Positions 50,301 through 63,910 of a stretch of DNA of 64,000 nt are shown in pieces. A program made the translations under genes and the position numbers. The notes beneath the pieces were generated by a model. It was given only the letters and a program-made list of their open reading frames with translations. It made no database searches and was not told where the DNA came from. Numbering within the stretch: the first letter of the stretch is position 1; every line of letters begins with the position of its first letter. Source of the DNA: Parasitella parasitica NRRL 2501 (lineage: Eukaryota; Fungi; Mucoromycota); contig MU619237.1 in the NCBI GenBank assembly GCA_025201805.1, positions 209,237-273,236 of the forward strand, in the 5' to 3' direction.

Positions 50301-52824
50301 TTAATGGCCAGATCTAAATTTAGCGCGCTCAGCAACAATACCGGCGCCAGGGAATGAGGCGATATGACTGTTATCAGCGGGAGGTTTGGACATTAAATGC
50401 TGCTGAATCGATGAAGAGTCAACGAGGCCAGCAGCACCGACATAATCCTGCTTACGGGGACCTTCTTGGCGCTCAGCCGAGTCATCTCTGGGCGCATAGC
50501 GACGAAGAGCCTCCAATTCCTCGCTCAAAGTTTCGTAGCGGAATCCAATACGAATGTCAGGCACGTTTGTCTTTTGCATATCATTTCCCTGTACGCCAGG
50601 CTTGTGCCAATCTTTGCCAATCCAATGAGACTTGATCTGATCCTCCCAGCCAGATTGAACGACAGAGTTACGAGCTAATTCACACATGTCTGTGGAAGAC
50701 AGCTTCCAAATTTGAGCAGCGACGCTGTATTCCTCAATCAATGGCTCCTTGGTAAAATGGAATTGCAATGGATCATCGGTAGACAACGAAATATTGAGAC
50801 CACGCTGGAAGAACTGAGGGAGAGGGTTGCGCTCATACGTTAAAAAGAGGGCGTTGTTTGAGAGGGGAGACATCGCAATACCGATCTGCGCAAGGTAATA
50901 GAGGTATTGAAGGGCAGGGACCTTACGCAATAAGATGCCGTGACTGATTCCATACGAGGTTAAGAAGGCAGCTGTTAAATGATCAGTATCGCCAGCTTCA
51001 CCGCAATGGGGTCTTAATACCAATGTCGTAAATCCACGTGCTTGTCTCCATTTGTTTAATGCAGCCGTGTTTGCGTACATGTAATACAAGTAATAACTGT
51101 AAGGGGGATTGATATTCGACGTCCAATCCTTTGGAAGAGGAAAGTCTTTAAAGATGGGCTTTTCAGGCTTAGACTCATCGTCGACTGTATCAAAGCCAAT
51201 AACACGTTGCAAGAAAACGTGAAGCTCTGGATGGGAGCTAGGATCCTTTGTTACTTCAAAAAGAGGCTCAAATACATTGGTAATAATATCTTGAAAACTG
51301 CGGACCGCATTTGACGCTCTGTAGATGTTGTAGAGGCGAGGAATCTGGATCAGCCAGCGAACGTTTGAAGAGAATAACTTGTTGTTGACCACCCATTTGG
51401 CCAACTTGTCCCATTCATCAATTGATCTGCCGTAAATAGAGACACGGTATTCCACCATTTGGTATTTTGATGACTCCAGATCAGACACGACTTCCTTGGT
51501 AATTTCGGCAAGATATCTGCCCTGAATGTAATTATCTGTCTTCATGAAGATCTCTCTCAATCTACTCTCGCCAATTGGGTTGTATTTCAGGTTGAACTTG
51601 TCGAATCGGTGGAAGGAGTCCTTGTGGGCATGCATGTCCAAGGTGTCGATGCTAAGATCATACGCAGTTAACCCTAGACTTTCGAATACACCACGCAGAG
51701 TTAAATGGTGGTTATCACGGTAGATAACCACATCATCAGGGCTCTTCTTCATTTTGGATTTGATGAAACGCAGCAAGTGCTTTTGGTTCATGCTGCTTGA
51801 ATGGTGTACATGCGTATCCACCTTTCTCACGTTGTAGAAATCACGATGTGGGGTGCGTTTGGAATCAGCCAGTTCTTGGAATTCATTCAAAAGGATATAC
51901 ATTTGCCATTTGCTATCCAAATAACGAAGTCTGCGGAAGGCGAAGCTCTTTGCGGGCCCGTCGCTAATGACGCTCAAGATGAAATCCATATCGTCATAAA
52001 ATTCTCTAGGCGAAGGGACTTGGTGGATAGGGTGCTCGGCAGTCTGGTCTAATTCGTTCTTGTAGACCTGATAGAACCCATGAGGGCCCAGCCCAAAGCT
52101 GTAAACATGACGACCAGGGATTTTGCATTGGCTGAAGTCAAAGTCGGAACCGACTGCAGCAACAGGGTCCGCCTCACGAGCCTTTTCTTTGGCTTTGCGA
52201 CGTTCCAATTCTTCAGGAGAGGGTAAGGGCCAAGATTTTGGTGGTGGAGCGGGGTAAATTTCCCAGTCATCGTGGTTACGAGGATCATCCATCAAACTTT
52301 GACTAGAGAGGGTGATATACTTTTCACGTAAATCGAGGCATTTCTGAAGGTTACCGTACAATCCGCGCAGTTCTGCAGTAATAGCATCATCTAGGCAAAT
52401 TGAGCTTGGTCATTAGTTGCCATGACAACCAAACATAATTGTTTCATCTTACCTTTAGCATCAATTTTACTGTTTGGATCCGCTGCGCGTGTAACAGGTT
52501 CCTTTACAGCGCTGGATTTCTCAGGTACATCTGGTACCGTGGGAAGGCCTTCATCGTCTCTTAAATGCAAATCAGAGAGATGGTGTGCTGCGGGTGAAAC
52601 GGAAAGGCTTTGACAAAGGTATTTACTATCATGCTTTTCATTTGTGCAATTGTGAGCGATCAATGCTTTTGGGGAAATTTTGAACTCACATTTTCGATAG
52701 CTTTCAAATGGTGGTAATCAAAATAAGGGGAATCATCAAAATTATTGATACCTTCGTCGTTTGGTGGTATATCATATTCATCATCATCATTTTCTTGTCT
52801 TGTGGTATAGATATTATTAGGCAT
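50301..52824 (-). CDS. AMD1: AMP deaminase, 3 exons
   Basis: HRDFYNVRKVDTHVHHSSSMNQKHLLRFIK, FHRFDKFNLKYNP, LRPHCGEAG, SPLSNNALF, SLSTDDPLQFH. Confidence 0.97.
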
Positions 52825-52832
52825 CTCAATTA

Positions 52833-52880
<48 letters not shown>

Positions 52881-52991
52881 AATTGATAAGACAAGAAGGC
52901 AGCAAAGTCGATCCAAAAATGCAAACAATTTATAGCCATGGAAAAAAAAAATAGTACTGGTTTTCCCCTAGCGTGGCTAACGGAAACAAAT

Positions 52992-54547
52992 CTAGTTGCC
53001 ATCAACACCCTAAATATAGGACAAATCAGTTAGATCACTTAAAGAAAAAATAAACAAACGAATATTATAGCGTATAGACCTTGTGATTGAATCCAAACCA
53101 CCATACTAAAATACCAATCATCACACAAATACCAATTGCGAGGAGAAAGCAACACCATTTCTTGGCTCTTGTTGCTTTTGCAATCTTAATGGCTTTTTTC
53201 ACTAAATGTGTACCTTCCTCCAACTGAACCGCTGCGGTATCTGCATTCTGCTCTACTGTATTAACGGTTTCCTGCTGATGTTCCACCAACAATGACATGT
53301 CCATAAACAGCTGGTGAAGTTCGACAATGGTTTTTTCAATATTCTTTATGTCATCATGTCTATTTTGCACTTCTGATTGCACCGCTTTAGCATGACCACG
53401 ACGAGTAGCTTGCATGAGTGATTGTGTGAATATTTGAGCATCATCATCTGCATTATCAAGAATGTCATCAACTTCATCTTGCGTTGCATTAGGTTTCACT
53501 AGGAATGAAATAGGAGTTTTAGCATAATTTATAGCAATACGCCTGTTGGTGTAAATTCATTACCGATTCTGATTTGTCTCTCTACGCGTTGGCGGTATTT
53601 CTGTTGGTAAGCTCTTTCGATATCTTGATATCTTTGAATTGTGTCCATAAATCTCTTTTTCAAGGCAGCAAACTATAGATTCTCTGGTCAGTTACTCGTT
53701 CATTTCCAATCAGACGTTCATCCGTAGCATATACCTGTGTGTCCCGGATTTGTCCATTGGAAGTTGGACTCTGCTTATTATTGGCATGTTCCAATTCTGT
53801 CAATCTTGCTTTGATATTCAAATTTCTACTCTGAGTATCCTTTTTCATGTTTTCTAATTGACTGGCAAGCTGAGCCCATTGCCGTTCATTGGAGCTTATT
53901 AATGCTGCTGTATGCAGCCCCTCGATAGCATCGATATTTTCATTTAGCATGCTGATACTGTCTTTTATTGATTCCACCTTGGAACAAGATTAAAAATCCT
54001 GTCTAATGTGAAAAAATGATGTTACCTTTTCAAAAAACCCATCCAATGTATTAACATCAGCAAACTCGTTTTTATTGTGCCTTTCATTCATCTCAATCAC
54101 TTCTCCAGGCTGGATTTGAGGCGGTTTATCACTGTATCTATCCTGGTCATCAAGAGCATCATTTGTAGCCGTGTTTGAGGCAACTGAAGACGTCGATGGC
54201 AGTGGTGAGTTATTGAGGTTGTAGACGGCATCGATATGATAAGCATTATACGAGTTATTGGTGGCAAAATCTGTGCCTGGAGAGTATCTCGAATTAAGTC
54301 GAGGTCTTGATGCAATTGAATTTGTCCCATGTGGTGTCAAATGAGCTGAAGCAGTATTTCTGTTGAATGAATGACTCTCCCGTTCATTGATGTGTGATAT
54401 GGGCTCAGTATCTCCTGCAGAAAATTGCTATAGTATTTTTCAATTTTAGTCCATATATGCGGTATCACGGTCCGCATTGGGTATATAATGGTGGAAATAA
54501 CATACCCTTAATTCCGCTGTTCTGTCGCGAGCGAAGGAATAAGACAT
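52992..54547 (-). CDS. Plasma-membrane syntaxin (Sso1/2-like Qa-SNARE) with a long N-terminal insert
   Basis: N-peptide MSYSFARDRTAELR, Habc helices, RQIRIVKPNAT, SNARE motif EVQNRHDDIKNIEKTIVELHQLFMDMSLLVEHQ, ARAKKW-type basic stretch and C-terminal TM. Probable last mini-exon GVDGN* ends at 52992. Confidence 0.9.
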
Positions 54548-55460
54548 TGTTTGAGCAAGTCTGGCTCAACTAGTAATCTTCGCAAATGGGCGTGCTTGGT
54601 ATACACCGTATAACAGGAAAGAAGAGCTTTTGATAGAGCTGTCAAAAATTACCAATTCATTTTAAAGTAAACTGTCAAATAACTCAGTGGAACCATTCTA
54701 TGTTCTACCATGAGCCACGATGCCAACCGTATCCTTCAGTGACATCTTTGTAACCGGCAATAAGGCCCAGGTAGTCTACATGATATCGGTCAAGACTATC
54801 CATTAAAAAACTTGAAAAATTGATTACATTTATTGAGCTTGTTGTAATGGTTTATAGCATTCAAATATGAGTAATTTCATTGCTAGGTGGACGTCAATGC
54901 ACAAATCAAGATAGTAAAAAACAATACGATAAATAATTTGTGGTATTTCTTTGCTGGTTGTTTTCGAACACAAATAAGTAATAGAATTGACACACCTTCG
55001 CCGGCAATACTATCAATCGGCCCCAAATGTGTACAAAGAGAGTCTCTCTATGCGATAATGCATTAATGTCATAAGGATATTGTGACAAATTAAGGGCAAT
55101 TTAACAATAAAAATTAACTTTTTGCCTATTATTTTGGGTGCGGGTTTCGACTTTTCTACAAAAATTGGTATGGAACGATAATGCTGATTTAGACAAATTT
55201 AGCAAAATTTAATTAGTAGTACATGGAACTGATAAAGGTGAGGTATGAAGGACAGAGACAAGCAAAGTTCATTGTTTGAGTTATCATTTGCCGCAAGATA
55301 TAACCCTCATTTGACTCCAATTTACAGTGAAAATTATTTATTGATACAGGTACATGGTCAAAAAAAAAAAAAAAAGAAAAAAAGAAGGCAAGGGCATATT
55401 TAGCAATGGTAAACGAAACAACATATATAAAGGGTATATTTTTAAAAGTGCATTTGATAA

Positions 55461-56803
55461 TCAATGTCCTTGGTCATAAAGATGTGTTGCCATCTCTGCA
55501 TAAAATTCTAGTCGATCAAATTCTTGGCCACTTTCAGATTTTGAAGCTCTGAAGCGATAAGGAATATGGCTATAAATGATAAAAAGTCAGTCATGATGAT
55601 CAAATTCGAAATACAATTGACACAAATGTACCTTTTCCCACTCAGGTCCCAATGGTCAGCTTGAATTGTTTTAACATAAGTTCCCCATTTAGCACTCTCG
55701 ACACTGACAATGCCATCGTTGTCGCCCTCTTTCTCTTGCACCATTTGGCCAGGGATACCCAAAAGAGAGGACCATGCAGGAAACTTGGCTGCAGCACCAT
55801 AAGAGTAGTATTTGACCGTAGGATCGTCGGGAGTATTAGGGTTAAAGTAGTCGTTACAAAAGTCAGTCGTAAGGTGAGCATATGCTGGCTCGTCAAACCA
55901 GTCTACCAAGAGTTTATCCAGTTTTAGACTTGGCAGTTTCGAGCTCCATTTCAAGGCAGATGATGCGGAAAGGCCATCACCACCGGCCTGACGCAGAGTG
56001 TTGTTTTTAGTCGAGATTGTAGTTGTCGCGGGTGACCATTGCCCATCGCCTGTGTGCACAGGCACCTGGGATTGACCTACTCCAAATTGATCTCGAAACC
56101 AGTCCATGACAGGAGAACCACGATGTGGAGTGCAAATAGTGGTCAGTGATTGAACTTGATAGGGCCGATTGTGAATGTTTGTTAGCAAATGACGACAGTC
56201 GAGACCCCCCATCGAGTGTGCAACAAAGTTGACGTTTTTACCGACAAGTATAGATTTCAGAATTGTGTGCAATGCATGAGACCGCTCCCAAATACTGCCT
56301 GCCTGAGGGACTTTGGTCACAATAATCTTAGCCCCCAATTTAGCTAGAGTGTCCTCAACGCCACTCCAGTAGTGGAACTGCAATGCAGGAAAGTTTTGAG
56401 GCCCTCGAATATCAAAACCAAACAAGCCGTGGCACAGAACAATGGGCTCCCTTGGTGCTTTGTAGCGAGGTGTAATGGGTCCTGAATGCGATTGCTGCTT
56501 GATCTTTTCGATCTGTTGCTGCTTCTGTTCGATGATGTCCTTGGGGCCTGAAAAGAACAGATCAGTCGTTAATTTTGGGTTTCTTGCAGGGTATAAAATG
56601 TGCAATCTATTGTCTTGCTTGGTGGAGCTGACAGTGGCTAATGTCACTGCAGGTCTTTTGGTGGATCTACTTTCATTTTGAGGAGAGAAGGTCAGTTTTC
56701 GATGCGCTTGTAGTAATAGAGTGGCAAAGGCACTTGCTGAAGAGTCAAGTTTTAAAGAGCGCTGCAAGTAGTTGTATAGTGTATAAAGCGTAACGATGGC
56801 CAT
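55461..56803 (-). CDS. Tgl2-like triacylglycerol lipase (alpha/beta hydrolase), 2 exons
   Basis: PIVLCHGLFGFD, nucleophile motif AHSMGGLDCR, SLTTICTPHRGS, NDGIVSVESAKWG, ADHWDL. Confidence 0.9.
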
Positions 56804-57583
56804 GTGTATTATAGAGGGAAAGTAGTAGTTAAAAGTAGAAAGAAAAAGACTGATTTCATAATCTGATCGTTTTCTCGGCATTTTAAACCAAATGAATTAA
56901 TGCCCCACTCAAGCAAGCAAGTTTTTGGGGTTATGGGATGCGCATGTAGTTATCCTGCCGCTGGGTTTGACATTTGACAGCAAACTCGGTGCCTTTGCAA
57001 CTACGTTTATTATAGGTGCGGTCGTATGCTTGGTCAGTTGCATAGCAACATGTTCCAATCGTATATATACATAAATATGTGATTTGCTTGCACACTTGGT
57101 AAGCCTCCCCTTTTTAATTTTTTTTTTGTACAAACAAAATTGGTTGGTATACGTAGTCTGCATGTTTATCGTTCATGAATGCGAATCATGTGGCCATAAT
57201 CACAGGTCGTTTGCCGGCTATTTAGGTTGAGCCCACTCGAGTTTTTTTTTTTTTCCCACATCTCTGTAAAATAAATTCATCGCTGTTGATTGGACTCATT
57301 GTCAATTTCTAAACGTGGACAAATAAAATCAAGGCAGTCGATTCATTGTATTTCACCAAGGTAAAAACGATATTAATTATCAACTACTTATGCGACCAAC
57401 GTGCAGTTTATTATCATTTCCAAATCGAGAACTGACTTTTTGTACATTTGACATCATCTCATGCAATAAGATTGCATTGCAGTGTAGAAACTTGATCAGG
57501 ACACCGTGGCGATTGGTTGCTAAGACTGGTGAGCCAGATACTCATTTTGCTCAGCGCATGGGCTTTTAACCGAGAACAATAAA

Positions 57584-59262
57584 CTATTGAATAAACATCA
57601 AATGAGCACTCATGTCTTCAAGCTCTTCGATATCCTCTGGTGCTGTTTTGTCTAAGCCAAGGATTCTATATGTGATAATTGTAGATTTGATATGCAGTAT
57701 TGCCGCCTTCCTTCTCTTTCCAGTCGTCAGACAACTAGACACGCATTAGTTATACATTTACCACGGAAAGTTGTATTCAGCTTACAGATTCAGTAATATG
57801 GTTGCCAGCTTCATCATCTCTTCTGCCGCTTCAACGCTAACCTTGCCATATATTTTCTGTGCGACAGTCAGGGACATGATTGCATAGTTGGATGCAAATT
57901 CCCACTGTCCAGAGTTGCAGGCGTACATTGCTACTCGATCTGCAGTTTTCCCGACTGCCAGGACATCGTCATGGTAGATATCTGTTTGTAGCTTAAACAC
58001 TTGGACAAAATCCTCCCTCTGCTTGAGAGCTTCCACTTGATTTTCTGTCTATAAAATAACACTATTATCAACGTTGAAGTCTGGCAACACCTATATAAAT
58101 ACGCACTTTGATGAAATGCGGCCAATTTGGTTCTTGTCCACACTCGCTGCACTTTGTTTGCTGTCTATACAAACGTCCTTTTTTGCAAATTTGGCATTTA
58201 TAGATACTCTCAGGTGTTCTTTTGCCGCTATGAAAATCGAGGCGGTCAGTATTTTGTAGACTCATGGTGTAATTTCTACCGTACGATGTCTCCTTGCATG
58301 CACTACACTTGCAGTCAAACTGATAGCCCTCTTTCAGCTTCTTCAGGCGATCGTCTCGAGCATGCACAGATGCCAAAGGACCATAGCTGATTGTGATTTC
58401 GCTTCCCTTCTCCACAGGCCCCTTTACACATTGAACCTTCAACTGAGATGGATTAGCGCCTCCATCGCCAAATGAAACAATAGCGTTCGGGTTGCAGTCA
58501 TGGTTCAGTTTGCTTGCAGACAGGTAGACAGCCCTTCCTAATGTCAAGAACTCTCTCGAGACAACAAAAGACGCATCCACTGGCACCGATTCTGCTGTTT
58601 TGACTGCAAACGCATTACTCTTGATTTGGAAAACGATGGTAAGAATACAGTCAATGACATGATCTTTCAAGTAAAAGATGGCAGCGACCTTTCCCAGTTT
58701 CTCGCGATAGCTGTTGACGAGACTAGCATCAAAAAGCTCTTTGTTGGAGACAAGATTGGGTATAGTTTCTAATCCAAAAACAAATCAATCTCCAACAGTG
58801 TCCTAGCGTATTTATGTTCATACCCTGGTTTTGTGATCTGCTTGCAAAATAACCTTCCACTGCAAAGATAATATCGGCGTCTTCCTTGGCGAGTTCCGGA
58901 AATCGGCAGAGCCACTGATGGCTCCTTGTCCATGCATGGCGCTCACAATCGTCAGAGCAGTATCTCATGTTCCACTTGCAATCCTTGTCGCGACATTTCT
59001 TACGGGTTGTGCCTTGCAAACTTTGGAAGCAATGATGACAACGACTATCCTTGTATTTGGCATCGATTTGTCGAATAAACGGCTCTTCCACCAGCAGCTG
59101 TTCCCCCTGGTTTATCTTCTCCTTGGCAACACAATACGTCCCCTTGGTATCTTGCTTCTGTTCCATGACTTTTTTCCATATTCCTTTCCCAGTTTCTATG
59201 TCCCAGGCAGATAAACTAATATGTGCAGGCGTCAGTCTTTGATGGCTGTCTGCTTGCTGCAT
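57584..59262 (-). CDS. SET and MYND domain (SMYD) lysine methyltransferase
   Basis: Split SET start (VAKEKINQGEQLLVEEP), MYND CHHC...C..C..YCSDDC...HQWLC, LNHDCNPN, EITISYG, post-SET FDCKCSAC and TPR-like C-terminus. Confidence 0.9.
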
Positions 59263-59428
59263 TGTGTCTAGTGAAAAGCGACGCTATTTTATTTCTAGCC
59301 TTCCGACGGCAAAGTTTGAGGTATGCGTAAGCCAATGGAATCCTTTATAAACGCATTTTGATGCATCTTTTTTTTTGTTTTTTTTGTTTCTTTTTTGTAC
59401 TTTATTTTATTTCATCTTAGTGCTATCA

Positions 59429-61114
59429 ATGCTATTGAATCTACCAGCAGAACTACTGATCCGCATCATACAGGACATTGAACGAGTAGGTGATAAATGC
59501 CAATTGCTGCAAACCTGTCAGCTCCTGAATTACTTGCTCTCGACGCACACTGGATGCTGGAAGCAGCTGGATCTCTCTCCGTACAATAGCACTATAACCA
59601 ACAACAGCCTCTTGACTTTCCTCAGAAACACCAACATCCCCCTCTGCACCGCGCATAAAAGCTCTGATTCTACCACAACGGCAATCACAGCGTTGGATCT
59701 AAGCGGTTGCTGGAATCTCTCAGAGGAGCTGGTTGTAGCACTCTCAAGGTCGCTAACACATCTCACTGACCTTTCTCTCAATGGTTATCGGCTAAATGCA
59801 CCTATTTTGCAGCGCATCATCAAACAGAACAAAACTCGTCAAAGCGCATTTCCTGCAATCGCATTTGAACAGCAACGTGACCATGTGTACCAAGTGCGTC
59901 CATCGCACGATTTGTCCTCGATGGCTATGGATCTATCCAAAAAGCAAGCACATCGATTCAAAGTGCCGCTAATTCTCTTGTCCAGCATGGTCTCCTGTCT
60001 GCCTCACTTGACCACACTATCTGTCCAGTATCAAGACCTAGGAGGACGACATACGTTTAAAGAGTTTGAGCATATTCGCCGTTTGGATATATCATGCTGC
60101 ATTATTAGTCAGCCAGCATTGCAGGCACTGCTTCGAGCTGTTGGGCCCAATCTGACCAGTCTGAAGATGCTCAATATAGATTTGAACAATCTCTCTTGGC
60201 TTTCTGTCAGTCAGTACGGTAAGCATTTGGAATGTCTTCACGTATCGTGCAACGAGCCTTTGCTGTTACCCAGCATTAGACATGTTGTGGGCCATCTGCC
60301 TCGTTTGCAAGACTTTCGTCTGACTCGAGTCCGCTCTGGATCCCTTGATCCTATAATAGAAAGACTGATTCCTGCTCGGCTGACACGATTAGACTTATCG
60401 CCTAAAATGAACATATACCCTAGATCGACATCCAGTGGCAATATAGATGCTGGCAGGCGACCTTTGCGAGTGCAACTATCGCTTGATGCAGCTGCAGCCA
60501 CAGCCACAGCCACAGCCACAGCCACAACCACAACCATACCAACCAGACACAACAAACACCCGTCTCAATCTTCTCAACTCTCTCTATCCATCTCGAACTA
60601 TGCAACAACTGAGCACGACCTACTCGTATCCAACGCATCTCTCCAATATCTCTCATGCTGCCATCAACTGATCGAATTGAGGCTGTGTTTCCCCACCATC
60701 ACGACATCGTCTCTACACGACATGTTGAAGCATTTACCGCAGCTTCAAATATTTGAACTTCGGCAGAAGCATGATAAATCAGCTATTGACTTTTTAAGAG
60801 GGTTAAAGTACTGCCAACATCTGCAAGAGCTATTGCTATTCTCAGTCCATATAACCCAGGATACAGTGCAAGATTTGGTATCTGATGATCTCCTATTGAA
60901 ATCTACCTGCAAACACATCACAATCAGTGATGGAGGCCCCATCATAGAGGATGAGCACAACATAAATGCGCTGTTATCGTCGTTGCAAATGCTGCAAATT
61001 CTATGTCTCGGACAGCTGATACAGCCTATTTCATGCTTTGTAGACGATAGTAACATTAGCGATAGGCAGAATGTAGTGCTCTTCAAACGCAATAAACAGT
61101 GGTATGCCAAGTGA
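59429..61114 (+). CDS. F-box / leucine-rich-repeat protein
   Basis: N-terminal LLNLPAELLIRII..I...DKCQLLQTC..L (F-box) followed by LRRs (LDLSGCWNLS, LDISCC, LxxLxL). Confidence 0.85.
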   Translation: MLLNLPAELLIRIIQDIERVGDKCQLLQTCQLLNYLLSTHTGCWKQLDLSPYNSTITNNSLLTFLRNTNIPLCTAHKSSDSTTTAITALDLSGCWNLSEELVVALSRSLTHLTDLSLNGYRLNAPILQRIIKQNKTRQSAFPAIAFEQQRDHVYQVRPSHDLSSMAMDLSKKQAHRFKVPLILLSSMVSCLPHLTTLSVQYQDLGGRHTFKEFEHIRRLDISCCIISQPALQALLRAVGPNLTSLKMLNIDLNNLSWLSVSQYGKHLECLHVSCNEPLLLPSIRHVVGHLPRLQDFRLTRVRSGSLDPIIERLIPARLTRLDLSPKMNIYPRSTSSGNIDAGRRPLRVQLSLDAAAATATATATATTTTIPTRHNKHPSQSSQLSLSISNYATTEHDLLVSNASLQYLSCCHQLIELRLCFPTITTSSLHDMLKHLPQLQIFELRQKHDKSAIDFLRGLKYCQHLQELLLFSVHITQDTVQDLVSDDLLLKSTCKHITISDGGPIIEDEHNINALLSSLQMLQILCLGQLIQPISCFVDDSNISDRQNVVLFKRNKQWYAK

Positions 61115-61130
61115 GCTTGTGTTTCCCCAA

Positions 61131-61262
61131 ATGATACTTCGGAAGCAGTTTAACCATCACCGCCACGCTGGAAGTTGCCCTGATTTCTATTTTTGCTTTT
61201 TCCTACTCTTCTCTCTGCGTGTGCGTAGAAAAGGTTTTCTTTCCTCGCTGTCGTTTTTTTTT

Positions 61263-61336
<74 letters not shown>

Positions 61337-63197
61337 CTTGTCACTGTTTTGCATACATGTAAATGCCGAAGACGATTATAATGATGCCACTTCCTCTTCT
61401 TCAGACACTCAATCCAGCACAGAACAGCCCTCGGCTTCCGAGACAATTAGTGCTGACGAATCAACGCAGCCTGTAAATGAGGACATTAACAACTCTAAAA
61501 ATCTGTTCACAACACCACCGCGGGTAACTGACATCAGCGACACAATACAAGTAAAATTATATTGCGAGATCGATACAGATTATTGCACAAAAGTCGAGCA
61601 TTCGCTGATCCTAGCCGCATCCGGCTTTTCCCAAGTAGTAAACCTGAAAAACAAGATTGTGTAAGAACAGCCGCTTTGAAACGATAGCCGCAGGATTAAA
61701 ATCAACTGATAATTTCTCTCAGATTCCAAGCCTCGTACTACAGTTTCTGCGACAATTCTTGCTCAAACAGCACGTACGGATGGGGTACACCGAGCTCACA
61801 GGTAGATGAGATGACTCGCACGCTAAAGATTCGCTCTAATGCATTCTGGCAACATCTACTAGTTTACCTTGATTTCTCTGAATGAGGCAGATCCTAACTT
61901 TATTTATCCACAAGCATTAGCAAAGCAACTAACGCTGTTTACAGACAGCTCCAACTGGGCCAATTACGATGTTGCCATTGATATCAACCATGACATGTAC
62001 ATGAACGCAGTCGATTACGACAAGATACCCGACTGGAACGGCACTGGCGTTCCGCCGATGGGAGGCTTCTGGTTTTCCAACGACACACCGATTGAGGATT
62101 ATCAAGTGGATCTGGAATACATTATCCTTCATCAGATGATCCATGGTTTGGGCATGGTGAGTTCATGGGCTCCTTATTTTTCAGACAGGAACTCGCCGTT
62201 TCAAAAGCTACTGAAAGGCTTGATTGTCCCAGACGATAGTCTCAAGGTCATGACGCCGAGCCTGTTCTGGTTTGTGAAGCATTCCACCGGGCCTGCTTAT
62301 GTTACTGGATTTCAGCCCAATATGATCTTTGACAAGTTCTTGAATTTAACTATACCCGCCAAGAATGAAACTGCATGGCTAGGACAATTTGGCTTTGAGT
62401 TGCAAACTTTCTGCGTCTCAGAAGACAGGGCGTTCATCCTTAATTTCATGAATGCCTTTTTGAATAATGCTACACAGTCATCCCGAGCCAAGAGCATTTA
62501 TGTGTCAATGGCACAGCCAAAAACGCTGTCATTCAAGTTCAGTGCAAACAGTGAGAACAGCACTTACTATACGAACGCTTATCTCAACCAGACCTACAGT
62601 TCAATACAATTGATGACGGGCCCAAATGTTCTGGAAGACAATACTTTGACAGAGGAGGCGCTTTATCGCCCAGGCATTTCTACCTCCCATGTAGATGACA
62701 GCTATGCAAACACGCCAGACTTCTTAATGACGCATAGATTCAACTCTGGAAGGACATTACAGCAACTAGTGGATGATGCATACTCGAACATCCCGGAAAT
62801 CAAGTATAACATCACTAGAACGATTCCGGTCAATGTTACCACAGTTCATAATACCACGGTGGGCAACCATACAACTCTGGTGAATGTAACCACCACAGAG
62901 CTAAGAGATCAAACCATCGAGTATATCTACAAATCAGCTATTGGGCCCGGCATCCTTCGTATTTTGGAAACTATAGGCTATTCGACAGTCTTGACAGATT
63001 CAAACTATACTGCGGGTGTCATCAAGACAATAAAACCAAACACCACTTGCGACGACAGCAACAGCAATAATTACTATGCTCGCGATGATCAGCCTGTGTT
63101 GCCTAATTCTAAATCGAACGCACCGCAGTTATTCGCTCCAACTGCCGAAATGTACTTATCTGTATTATTATCTCTCTTTGCCTTTTGTATTTTATAA
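61131..63197 (+). CDS. Secreted, probably GPI-anchored zincin-like protein with HQxxH in place of HExxH; start uncertain; exons ..-61660, 61723-61801, 61863-63197
   Basis: Signal-like ...ALSLFCIHVNA|EDD, YPQALAKQL, DLEYIILHQMIHGLG, FDKFL, STSHVD..DFLM, IGPGILRILETIGY, many N-x-S/T sites and a hydrophobic C-terminal tail. Confidence 0.8.
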
Positions 63198-63773
63198 ATG
63201 CATGTATTTTAATCACCATTCACGAGCCTGATAACAAATTGAGATTGCTTCATATTAAATATAAATATAAATATATATCTTGAATGTGCTATTAACGTAC
63301 GATACGTACAATGCATACTATTCAGAATAATTTTTCAAGTTCGCCAGCTAAGGGTTGTTGACGCATCTGCTTGGGTAATGCTAAAGTACCTTATTAACTG
63401 TTCGCAGTTTTCAAATGAGGGATAAGGCACAATAGGGCTTGAAATGAATATGGACATCTGAGAAATTAAACGGAGGTAGAGACATCAACATTTCTCAGAT
63501 TTAGATTCGAACAAGGCTGCTGCAATCTACGGCTTGATCTGATTATTTTCAGTCGCTGAAACTACTTTAAAAGCTTTTCAGTCCATTTAAATAACCATGT
63601 TTATTATACCTGTTTTTTTACTTTTATCCCTTTATTCTCTTTATGAAGCATTCCGACGGAATCTCTGAAATTTTGGATCCGCTTGGTACCTTTTTCATCG
63701 ATACCTCCATATACTGCTAAAAGTATACTTTAAAATCATAAGCAAATTTGTAAGAAATTTATTTTTGCATCTA

Positions 63774-63910
63774 CAGTTGACGAAACTAGGTTGGGCCAAT
63801 GAAAATAAATTTTGGTCATTTCCAAATTGAGTTGGGACACGATTACAAAAATGGGTCACCAATACGAAAATGGGACAACAAGATGAAAATGGGACAAGAG
63901 TACAAACATG
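63774..63910 (+). mobile_element. Putative left end of a Tc1/mariner-type element with subterminal repeats
   Basis: TA|CAGTTGACG (TA at 63772-63773) followed by repeats GTTGGGCCA, TTTGGTCA, GTTGGGACA, AATGGGTCA, AATGGGACA x2. Confidence 0.55.
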
